Of a DNA stretch of 64,000 nt, positions 47,571-56,640 are shown in pieces. The translations under genes were made by a program, and so were the position numbers. How positions within the stretch are numbered: the stretch's first letter is position 1; the number at the start of each line of letters is the position of its first letter. The notes under the pieces were generated by a model that did no database searches, had not been told where the DNA came from, and was given only the letters and a program-made list of their open reading frames with translations. Source of the stretch: a virus (lineage: Duplodnaviria > Caudoviricetes); IMG/VR virus record IMGVR_UViG_3300017766_003232, positions 24,922 to 88,921 of that record; one strand, given 5' to 3'.

Positions 47571-47601
47571 ATTTACACATATAATTAATTTTTAATTATA
47601 T

Positions 47602-48324
47602 TTGCATAATTACTTTTTTGATATGTTACCATTAAAAGATTTACATAGTCAGTTAGACGAAGCGTTGAATATAAATTCATCTGAAACTGTATTCAGTCCT
47701 TTATACTATACTGATTTAATTAATGAACAAAGATCACTTTGGATTAGAAATGAATACAATAAAAATCGTTCTATTGATCCAAATATCCAACAAGTTATTC
47801 CTTGTGCTGAATTAGAATTGGTAGATCCAACTACTTGTTGTATTTCTTTACCAAATTCTTGTAAAGTTTTACGCACAAAAAAAGTATTACCAAATACAAT
47901 TGAATTTAATTTTACAAAAGGAATTACTTCAATTGGTCCTGTTGACATAATGCAACCAAGATTTTCATTAATTGATTATGCTAGAACTCCTTACATTGGA
48001 GAGGGTAGAACAACAGCAAATTCAATTTATGGATTTTTATATGAAAATAAATTATATATCATAAGTAGAAATCCAAAAATTTCTAATATGAAATATGTAA
48101 ATATTCGTGGATTATTTGAAGATCCTACTTCTCTTGCAGACTTTTCAGATTGTTCAGATAAACCTTGTTACAATGCAAATCAAATATATCCTGTTAATCA
48201 ATGGATGTGGGCATACATGAAAGATTTAATTGTTCAACAATTATATCAAAGAAAAGCACATATTTTAGATGATAGTAATAATGCAAAAGATGACAATAGT
48301 AATTTAAGCAATGGTACAGTATAA
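47602..48324 (+). CDS. tail ring protein
   Basis: CAELELVD...LRTKKVLP...IRGLFEDP...YPVNQW motif pattern of crAss-like ring proteins; likely ATG at 47623. Confidence 0.7.
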   Translation: MHNYFFDMLPLKDLHSQLDEALNINSSETVFSPLYYTDLINEQRSLWIRNEYNKNRSIDPNIQQVIPCAELELVDPTTCCISLPNSCKVLRTKKVLPNTIEFNFTKGITSIGPVDIMQPRFSLIDYARTPYIGEGRTTANSIYGFLYENKLYIISRNPKISNMKYVNIRGLFEDPTSLADFSDCSDKPCYNANQIYPVNQWMWAYMKDLIVQQLYQRKAHILDDSNNAKDDNSNLSNGTV

Positions 48325-48850
48325 AATAAAACGAGGAAAGGCAAAATTTAAAACAACAACAAATAGGTATATGTTTTATTCTACTTATAGAAAAGCAACA
48401 ACAAGTTCTAACAAATTAACAAGAATACAGTTTGATGCTTTTACAAAAGAGTTGATGAATACATTAACAACAGCAATGGTTGTTGAGAATATGGAATTAA
48501 AGATGACAGGAGTAGGTAATTTTAGAATTGTTGCTCGTGATATAAAATTAGAAAATTCCAAACATGGTTATTTAAAGTTTGCAATTAATTGGATAGAAAC
48601 TCACAATTTATGGAAAACTAAATATCCAGGAAAAACAATGGAAGAATTAAAACTTATTAGTGGTAAACCTTTAATACGTTTTGAAAATGAAAATTGTAAA
48701 AATGAATTTTACAATATTGCATGGGATAGAAATTATTTATTAACAAATAAAACATTCTATAAAGTAATTTTAAGTAGGGTGTATAAAAGATTAATTACAA
48801 AAGTTGTAACTGATCCAAACAGAAAAGTTTTTTATTATGGAAAACATTAA
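48311..48850 (+). CDS. IHF/HU-like protein
   Basis: FDAFTKELMNTLTTAMV...LKMTGVGNFRI HU-like segment; crAss-like position. Confidence 0.55.
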   Translation: MVQYKIKRGKAKFKTTTNRYMFYSTYRKATTSSNKLTRIQFDAFTKELMNTLTTAMVVENMELKMTGVGNFRIVARDIKLENSKHGYLKFAINWIETHNLWKTKYPGKTMEELKLISGKPLIRFENENCKNEFYNIAWDRNYLLTNKTFYKVILSRVYKRLITKVVTDPNRKVFYYGKH

Positions 48851-49136
48851 CATTATGAAGGCATCAGAAATGTCTGAATTTTCTACTGACTCAAAAGCAA
48901 AAGTTAGTTGGAGCAAAAAAATTGAAAAACCTGATGGTAGTATAATTAGAATAGATGTTGAAAAAATTGAAAATGGATTTTTGAAAACAACTTGTAAAGA
49001 AGGTAAAAACGAAGAAGGAGAATGGAAATACGAAACTGAAAAAGAATTTTCAGAAATAAATCCATTAGAACAAGATGATGATGAAGGTGAAGAGATGTCT
49101 TTACTTGACAAGTTAGCAAAAGTGTTAAAAAAATAA
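48837..49136 (+). CDS. hypothetical protein
   Basis: 99 aa acidic ORF. Confidence 0.6.
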   Translation: MENINIMKASEMSEFSTDSKAKVSWSKKIEKPDGSIIRIDVEKIENGFLKTTCKEGKNEEGEWKYETEKEFSEINPLEQDDDEGEEMSLLDKLAKVLKK

Positions 49137-49139
49137 ATT

Positions 49140-50285
49140 ATGTATTCAGGAAAAACTGTATCATACAAAGCAATTATTGATAAACTTCTTAGAGATTTTC
49201 CTTTTGATGAAAAGGTTAACAATGAAGAATGTTTAGAGGGATTAGCTGAGTTTATGGCTCATACCAATGCTGGTGTAACTATGGAGTCAAAAGTAGCTTA
49301 TATTTCTATTTGTGATGGTAGAGGTGATTTACCATTTGATTTACATAAAATTAAACAAGCTGCTGAATTATCAGGAGCAAAAACAATGCAAGATGCAGAA
49401 TGTGGAATAGGTACGTTAATTCCAATGAGATGGTCAACAGATAATTTTCATAAAAGGTATCATGCAGATGCTAGAGATTATACAACTCAATCACATTCTA
49501 CATATACTGTTGGTCAAGGATTTATATTTCCATCATTTCCAACTGGTATATTAGCACTTTCATACGAAGCTATACCTACAGATTGTGATGGTTTTCCAAC
49601 TATCCCTGCTGAACAACAATGGTTAGAAGCTGCAACATTTTATTTAGCATATAAAATTGCTCGTAAGATGTGGATTAGAAATGAAATTAGTTCAGATAAA
49701 TTTGAGTTAATTGAAAGAGATCGTGATTGGTATTTTGCACAAGCAGTAAATCATGCTAAACAATTCAATGGTGTTGATGATATGGAAAGTTTCAAAAACC
49801 AAATGGTTCGTACTATTCCTTCTATTCAAGATCATTCAAGTTTCTTTGCTAATATGCAATTACCTGAATTAAGATTCTTTAGAAATAAAATTGGTACATC
49901 TACTGGAAATGGATTGGGTTCAGTTCCAATAGCAACTACTCCAAGTGGTATACCTGGTTATAATCCTACTGCTCCAGCAGAATATCTACCAGTTTTAATT
50001 ACAGGTACAGCAACTGCTATTACAAATACAACAGCAAGTTCTATTTGTCAAATTACTTCTTTTGGAAATACTCCAATTACAGATCATGGTATCTGTTATA
50101 CAATAGGTGTAAATCCTATCGTAAGTGATCCAAAAATATCTTTTGGTACAATTGCTGGTCCAGGTTCATTTACTTGTTCTATGACAGGTTTATTACCAAA
50201 TACGACATATCACGCAAGAGCATATGCTACTCATGCAAGTGGAACTAATTACGGAAATGAAATAACATTTACAACTTTACCATAA
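49140..50285 (+). CDS. tail tubular/ring protein with C-terminal fibronectin-III-like domain
   Basis: ILALSYEAIPTD.DGFP.IP ring-protein motif; C-terminal GICY...GLLPNTTYHARAYAT...TNYGNEITFTT FN3 signature. Confidence 0.72.
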   Translation: MYSGKTVSYKAIIDKLLRDFPFDEKVNNEECLEGLAEFMAHTNAGVTMESKVAYISICDGRGDLPFDLHKIKQAAELSGAKTMQDAECGIGTLIPMRWSTDNFHKRYHADARDYTTQSHSTYTVGQGFIFPSFPTGILALSYEAIPTDCDGFPTIPAEQQWLEAATFYLAYKIARKMWIRNEISSDKFELIERDRDWYFAQAVNHAKQFNGVDDMESFKNQMVRTIPSIQDHSSFFANMQLPELRFFRNKIGTSTGNGLGSVPIATTPSGIPGYNPTAPAEYLPVLITGTATAITNTTASSICQITSFGNTPITDHGICYTIGVNPIVSDPKISFGTIAGPGSFTCSMTGLLPNTTYHARAYATHASGTNYGNEITFTTLP

Positions 50286-53200
50286 TGGAAACAGCAGTAA
50301 ATACATACGGAGGATTAAATAGAGATTATGCTTATGATAGTATTCCTTCAACTTATTATATAGATGCATTAGATGTACGAATTACAGCAAGTGAAGGTGC
50401 TTCTAATGCTGCTATTACAAATATTAAAGGAAATACATTATCATTTTCTATTCCTCAATTAGGAGTAGGACTTTCAGAAATAATTGGAGCAACTGCTATT
50501 CGTAATACTATTGTATTATTTATTACTGATAATTCAAATAAAAATGGTTGGATTTATACAATTGTATATAATGAAGCAACTCAATCAATTTCAGTTCCTT
50601 TAACTCTTGTGTATTACAATCCTGATTTAAACTTTAGTAAACAAAATCCAATTGAAGCAGTTGGACGTTTTGAATCTGCAAAAACTCAAAGAATCTATTG
50701 GTCAGATTACAATGAACCATTGCGTTCTTTAAACATTGTTGATCCTGGTGTATTGACAACATCTTTAGATTTATTAAGTACAATTCCAGGAATAAAATAT
50801 ACTCAACCTTTATTAAAAAGTATATCAACTGTTGGTTCATTATTAGTTGGAAAATATCAATTTGCTTATAGATTAATTACATTTGATGGAAAACAAACAT
50901 TGATTTCTCCACCAAGTAATATGATTCACGTAACAAAATCTTCTGAATCAACATATTCATCTGATCAATATATTGGATTATTTAAAGGTGAAAATTCTGG
51001 AAAATCTTTATTAATTGAAATTGATATTTCAAATTATCATTCTTTTGAGAAAATAGAATTAATTTCTATTTTTCACGAAGATTACAAAGGTACTCCATCA
51101 ATTAAATCAATTGATACTAAAACAATTACAACTGGTTCAACATTACAATTTACATATACAGGTAATGAAACAACTACGTATCCTATTACAACAATTGAAT
51201 TTGCTTTAAAATCATATCCATTTTCTACTTGTAAAACATTAACACAAGTTGATAATTCATTATTGATTGCAAATTTAAAATCTAAAACATTTTCAATTAA
51301 AGATAGAGCAATTGAATTAGGTGAAACATTTGATGCTTCTACTTACAGATATAAAAATGTTGCAGGTACAATTACTCAAAGTACAGATGTATTTAATACT
51401 GAATATAATAAAGATGCTCATTGGGATAAAGATTGGCATTATCTTTCTCAGTATAAATATAAATCTGATGGTTTACGTTTAGGTGGTCAAGGTCCAAATA
51501 TTTCATATACATTTCATTTAGAAACAACAAGTGTAAGTGGACTTACTGCTGGTTATGCAAATATTGGAATCACTCCTGATCCTACTCATAATTTAAATGA
51601 TGGATATACATATTCTAATAACACATATCCTTCTCCTTCGTCTCCATTTTTAAGTGGTCTATTAACAGGTTATAAACGTGGAGAAACATATAGATTTGGA
51701 ATTATTTTCTATACAACAAAAGGTGAAACATCATTTGTTGAATATATTGGTGATATTAAATTTCCAGATATTTCAGATCAAGATTCTGTTGTAAATAATT
51801 CAGGAACAAACTATTTTATTACATCTACTGCATCAGGTGGTGTATTACAAGCACACAATTTAGGAATTAAATTTTCAATTGATTTTTCAAGTTGTCCTAC
51901 TTTATTGTCTGAAATAGATTCATATCAAATAGTAAGAGTAGATAGACAATCTGCTGATAAAAGAAGAATTTGTTCTGGTACATTTAATATTTTTACTAAG
52001 TCTCCAATTAACACAAATGCTGGTGCTGGATATGATTTAAGAATAAGTGGTAGTGATCAAGTATTGCATTTAACAATAGAAACAGCTGGTTATTATAATT
52101 ATTTAAAAAGTCAGTTAGCATCATCAGGAACACCTGATGTAATTGGTGATTATATAAATTATCAATCTCCAGAATTATCTTATGACTTTGACGATTGTAG
52201 AAATAGAATATCAACAAATGATTGTTATTTGTTGATGACTGGTGGTTATAAAACTAAAACTTTTAATATTACCGTTATTGATACAGGTTCAGCAGAAAAA
52301 TTAGGACATGTAATAGATAATAGATCAACATGGTATGATGTTGTTCCTGTAGATAAAGTTACTACAACTGCAACATATCCTACAATAGGTCAATATAGAG
52401 GAATTGAATATGTTAAGAAATTAAATTCTAAAACATATGTATCAATGGGGTATAACACTACTCCAACAGATATAGTAACTCCTTCAATTGGAAGTTATTA
52501 TGTTAGAAATTTTTATGCAAAAGCAAAACCTTCTGATGCAACAACACATTTAAATAGACCAAATGGAGAAGGTTATTTATCTAAAGGTCCATCTGGTTTA
52601 CTTTCTAAAATGACAAAAGTAACAAGTGATCCGTTAAGTGGAAATGCTTTGACTACTTATTCATCTTATGATTACTTTGATACTACATTATCAAATGTTG
52701 AATTAATTGGTTCAACAGATGGAAAAATAATATTAGATATTCTACTTCCAAAAGTAGATGCATATGGAGGAAATAGTCAAAATGCATTAGAAAATAATAC
52801 ATTTATTCCTGCTTCTCCTGTAATCAAAAAAACAAATACATCTCCAATAGTTTTTGGTGGAGATATTTATATGAATGCATATACTCATCAGTTAGCTTGT
52901 ACTCTTAATGATTCATATTATTTTGAAGGTGCATCTACTGCTGATAGAATTTATTATTCAAATAATTCACATACTCATGTTTATGTAACTGAATCATGTA
53001 TAAATATTGATTTAGATTATGGTTGTACTTTAAAAAGAGGAGTTACATTTACTGCAAATGGAGTAAATAGTGAACGTTATAGACAAGAAACAGGAAACAC
53101 ATCTACTAACTATGGTAGAAGTGATTCTATGTATGCTTATAATAGTGTTTATTCTGAGATACCTACAGACTTATCATTTTTTGTAAAACCATTAAGTATA

Positions 53201-54307
53201 GATTTTTCTAATGTAAATGATATTAGATCAATGCTTTCTAATGTAAAAATCAATGATGAAAAATTAGATTCTTGGACAGTATTTGCTACAAACAATTATT
53301 GGGATGTAGATGACTATGGACCAATTAATAAAATATTAAAGTGGAAAGCACAAACTTATTTCTTTCAAGATAAAGCAGTTGGTGTATATGCAATTAATGT
53401 TAGAACAATGTTGTCTACAGCAGATGGTGTACCTACTCAATTAGGTTCTGGACAAGGATTTGAAAGACATCAGTATTTAACAACTGAAGATGGTTCTATA
53501 CATCAATGGGGAGTAAAAGCTACAGATACATCAATTTATTATTTTTCTGCTATCACAAAGAAATTAATGAGTGTTGCTGAAGGAAACTTACCAATCTCTG
53601 AAGTAAAAGGATTCCATAGTTTATTATCAAGTTTTGATGGACCATTATTACTAAGAAAAGAAAATCTTGGTGACAATCCTATTTTAGGAAAAGGAATAAC
53701 AATTGCAAAAGATAATTTAAATGATGAGATTTTATTTACATTTAAAGGATGCTATGCAAATAATTCAACAAAAGCAATTACACTTGTTTATGATGAGGTA
53801 GCTCAAGAATTTTCAAGTATATATTCTGCTACTCCAGGTTTATATATTGAAAATAGAAATATGCTATTGAGTGCAAATCCATTTTCTCCAAAAGATGTTT
53901 ATGCTCACAATAAAGGAAATTATGGTACATTTTATGGAAACATACAAGAAGCATATGTTAAAGTAGTTGTAAATGAAAATGCTGACTTAAATAAAGTAAT
54001 TAGATTCATAGAATTCAATTCGATTGTTAAAGATTCTACTAGTACAATTGATAGAAATTCTACAATTACTGCTTTTGAAATAAGTACTGAAAATCAATCA
54101 ACTGGAAAAATATTATTTAGTGCTGATAGATTTAAACATAAATTTAATAAGTGGAGATTAAAAATTCCAAGAGATCAAAATTCAGTTTCTCAACATGGTA
54201 GATTGCGAAATACATATTTTATTGTAACTTTATACTTTGATAATAGTGCAAATAAACAACTTATTTTAAATAGATTATTAACGCATTATGATGCTCAAAT
54301 GTTTTAA
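50285..54307 (+). CDS. tail muzzle / stabilisation protein
   Basis: 1340 aa; TYGGLNRD N-terminus, GYKRGETYRFGIIFY motif, FKHKFNKWRLKIPRD C-terminus; crAss-like order. Confidence 0.8.
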   Translation: METAVNTYGGLNRDYAYDSIPSTYYIDALDVRITASEGASNAAITNIKGNTLSFSIPQLGVGLSEIIGATAIRNTIVLFITDNSNKNGWIYTIVYNEATQSISVPLTLVYYNPDLNFSKQNPIEAVGRFESAKTQRIYWSDYNEPLRSLNIVDPGVLTTSLDLLSTIPGIKYTQPLLKSISTVGSLLVGKYQFAYRLITFDGKQTLISPPSNMIHVTKSSESTYSSDQYIGLFKGENSGKSLLIEIDISNYHSFEKIELISIFHEDYKGTPSIKSIDTKTITTGSTLQFTYTGNETTTYPITTIEFALKSYPFSTCKTLTQVDNSLLIANLKSKTFSIKDRAIELGETFDASTYRYKNVAGTITQSTDVFNTEYNKDAHWDKDWHYLSQYKYKSDGLRLGGQGPNISYTFHLETTSVSGLTAGYANIGITPDPTHNLNDGYTYSNNTYPSPSSPFLSGLLTGYKRGETYRFGIIFYTTKGETSFVEYIGDIKFPDISDQDSVVNNSGTNYFITSTASGGVLQAHNLGIKFSIDFSSCPTLLSEIDSYQIVRVDRQSADKRRICSGTFNIFTKSPINTNAGAGYDLRISGSDQVLHLTIETAGYYNYLKSQLASSGTPDVIGDYINYQSPELSYDFDDCRNRISTNDCYLLMTGGYKTKTFNITVIDTGSAEKLGHVIDNRSTWYDVVPVDKVTTTATYPTIGQYRGIEYVKKLNSKTYVSMGYNTTPTDIVTPSIGSYYVRNFYAKAKPSDATTHLNRPNGEGYLSKGPSGLLSKMTKVTSDPLSGNALTTYSSYDYFDTTLSNVELIGSTDGKIILDILLPKVDAYGGNSQNALENNTFIPASPVIKKTNTSPIVFGGDIYMNAYTHQLACTLNDSYYFEGASTADRIYYSNNSHTHVYVTESCINIDLDYGCTLKRGVTFTANGVNSERYRQETGNTSTNYGRSDSMYAYNSVYSEIPTDLSFFVKPLSIDFSNVNDIRSMLSNVKINDEKLDSWTVFATNNYWDVDDYGPINKILKWKAQTYFFQDKAVGVYAINVRTMLSTADGVPTQLGSGQGFERHQYLTTEDGSIHQWGVKATDTSIYYFSAITKKLMSVAEGNLPISEVKGFHSLLSSFDGPLLLRKENLGDNPILGKGITIAKDNLNDEILFTFKGCYANNSTKAITLVYDEVAQEFSSIYSATPGLYIENRNMLLSANPFSPKDVYAHNKGNYGTFYGNIQEAYVKVVVNENADLNKVIRFIEFNSIVKDSTSTIDRNSTITAFEISTENQSTGKILFSADRFKHKFNKWRLKIPRDQNSVSQHGRLRNTYFIVTLYFDNSANKQLILNRLLTHYDAQMF

Positions 54308-54309
54308 TT

Positions 54310-56616
54310 ATGGCAAAGCAAAATAATTCATCAAAGAAACCACAAAAGTATCAAAAAATGCTTGTAAATGGTGGTAATTTATATGGTTCTGAAAATGGTT
54401 TAGATTTATATAAAGATGGTGGTCCAATACAACCTTATACATATTCTTATAACCAAGGACCAGATATTCCAGTGTTGGGTTTAGGTGCTAATGTAAATAG
54501 TAAATCTGGACTATATGGTGGAGCATCTGTTGATATACCATTTAATAGACAAGGTGAATTGAGTAGTTCTCAAAATATTGGTTTTAACAAACAATTTAAA
54601 AATTTAAACACAGATGTTAACTTAAATAATTATAGTTATTCTGGTAGTTTATTAAATCCTTCGTTAACAACCAATTTAAATTATGGATTACCTATAAATG
54701 ATAATGCAAATATAAATCTTGGTTTACAGAATGTATCCCAAAAAAATAGTCTAATAAATCCTTACTTAACAGCAGGGTTAAAATTATATTTTAAAACAGG
54801 TGGTACAATGGCGACACAAAAATACGGAAGTAATATATATGCATTAGGAGGAGGAGCACCTTCAATTGGTGGACCTTTACAAAATGCACCTTTAGATTTT
54901 ACACAGCAACCACATCAAGGTGATCAGTTAACTGAATTTAATCAAGGTGGATCACATGAAGAAAATCCAAATGGTGGTATTCCTCAAGGAATGAATCCAA
55001 ATGGACAACAAAATCTTGTTGAAGAAGGTGAAACAAAATTAAATTCAAAAAATTATATATTTTCTGATAGCTTAAAAGTTGATAAAAAAATTGCAGAAGA
55101 TTTTTATCTACCATCAAAGTTTATTGGTAAAACATTTGCTGAAGTATCTAAAGCAATGAATCGTCCAAATTCTCGTAGAGAATATGATTCAATTGAAGAA
55201 ACAGCAAAGAAAAAAGATTTAGATTATTTAATGGCTGCTCAAGAAGAATTTAAACAAAAGCAATTAGAAAAAGACATGGAGAAAATGATGGTTAAACATC
55301 CTGAATTCATGCAACAAATGTTAACTTCTCAGCAACCTCCACAAGCTCCACAAGCTCCTGTTGACCAATTTTCTAATAGTGAACAACCTCAAGCAATGCC
55401 AGGTGAAGCTCCAATAGAAAATCCGATGAGTGGTATTCCTCCTCAGTCTCCAATGGCTAAATTAGGTGGTTATCAAAATCAATTAGGTTTTGGAGGGTTT
55501 ATAAAAAATTATGGATTAGGACTTGCTGATTCTGCATTATCTATGTTTGGTGCAAGTAATGTAATTAAAGATAATGCTTATTCTGGAACAGGTTCAAACT
55601 TTGCAAAAAAAGCAGCGAATATTGCAGGTACAGTAGGTAAAATTGGTTTACAAGTTGGAGCAAATGTACTTGCTCCTGGTGTTGGTGGAGCAATAGTCGG
55701 TGCTGGTCAAACAGCAATTGCAAATGCTGATACTGATTCTACAGGTAAAAAATATGATTCAAATGGACAACCTTTAAAATTAGGTGGTTATTTATATGGA
55801 AATGAAAATGCTGGGTTAATGAGTTCTTATAAAACAGGAGGATATATGAATTCAAATGGATATGATGAAACAGCAGGTATTCAATTTAAACCAGGAGGAT
55901 ACATGGTAACTGATCCATTAAATGCAGTAACTAATACTTCAGGAATAAAAAGAAAAAAAGCAGAAGAAGATATTAAAGAAAGAGATCATAAATTAAATGA
56001 TGTTGTAATGCCAGACATTAAACAATCTGGTATAAATGCTTTAGGTACTTATGCACCTGTTGCGTATAACTTAGGTATGGGATTATTTAGTAAAGCAGAA
56101 CATTTAGATGCAAATGATTATATTCACAATGCAAATATTTCTAATTGGAAAAACAATATTAATCCTCAATTAAAAGCAAGTGATGAAGCATATGCAAGTG
56201 CTAATTATGGATTAAGAAATTCAGGTGCTGGAAGTGCTGCTTATTTATCAAATCTACAAGCATTACATAATAGTCAAGAAATGGCAAAAGCAGGTATTTA
56301 TGCAAATGCAGAAACTGACTATAATAATAGACAATTTCAAATTGATCAGTATAATGCTGCTAGAGGAGATGCTGCTGCACAAAAAAGATTGGAAATTGCA
56401 CAATTCAATATGCAATCAGATGCTGCTAAAGAAAATTATACTCAAACAGGACTTAAACAACTTGGAGATATTTCTGCTGCTGATACACAAAATCAATTAG
56501 GATTAGCATATGCTAAAATGATGTCACCAGATGTAAGTAAAGGATTTAACTACACAAGTTACTTACAAAGGATGGCAGAAAAAATGATTGGAAAAAATAA
56601 AACTGATAAAGAATAA
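54310..56616 (+). CDS. virion cargo/ejection protein with repeated xKxGG motifs
   Basis: FNQGGSHEENPNGGIPQG...VEEGET...YIFSD motif; Gly/Ala-rich hydrophobic segment; located after the muzzle gene. Confidence 0.7.
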   Translation: MAKQNNSSKKPQKYQKMLVNGGNLYGSENGLDLYKDGGPIQPYTYSYNQGPDIPVLGLGANVNSKSGLYGGASVDIPFNRQGELSSSQNIGFNKQFKNLNTDVNLNNYSYSGSLLNPSLTTNLNYGLPINDNANINLGLQNVSQKNSLINPYLTAGLKLYFKTGGTMATQKYGSNIYALGGGAPSIGGPLQNAPLDFTQQPHQGDQLTEFNQGGSHEENPNGGIPQGMNPNGQQNLVEEGETKLNSKNYIFSDSLKVDKKIAEDFYLPSKFIGKTFAEVSKAMNRPNSRREYDSIEETAKKKDLDYLMAAQEEFKQKQLEKDMEKMMVKHPEFMQQMLTSQQPPQAPQAPVDQFSNSEQPQAMPGEAPIENPMSGIPPQSPMAKLGGYQNQLGFGGFIKNYGLGLADSALSMFGASNVIKDNAYSGTGSNFAKKAANIAGTVGKIGLQVGANVLAPGVGGAIVGAGQTAIANADTDSTGKKYDSNGQPLKLGGYLYGNENAGLMSSYKTGGYMNSNGYDETAGIQFKPGGYMVTDPLNAVTNTSGIKRKKAEEDIKERDHKLNDVVMPDIKQSGINALGTYAPVAYNLGMGLFSKAEHLDANDYIHNANISNWKNNINPQLKASDEAYASANYGLRNSGAGSAAYLSNLQALHNSQEMAKAGIYANAETDYNNRQFQIDQYNAARGDAAAQKRLEIAQFNMQSDAAKENYTQTGLKQLGDISAADTQNQLGLAYAKMMSPDVSKGFNYTSYLQRMAEKMIGKNKTDKE

Positions 56617-56640
56617 TTATATTTACAAAAATTTTAAATT

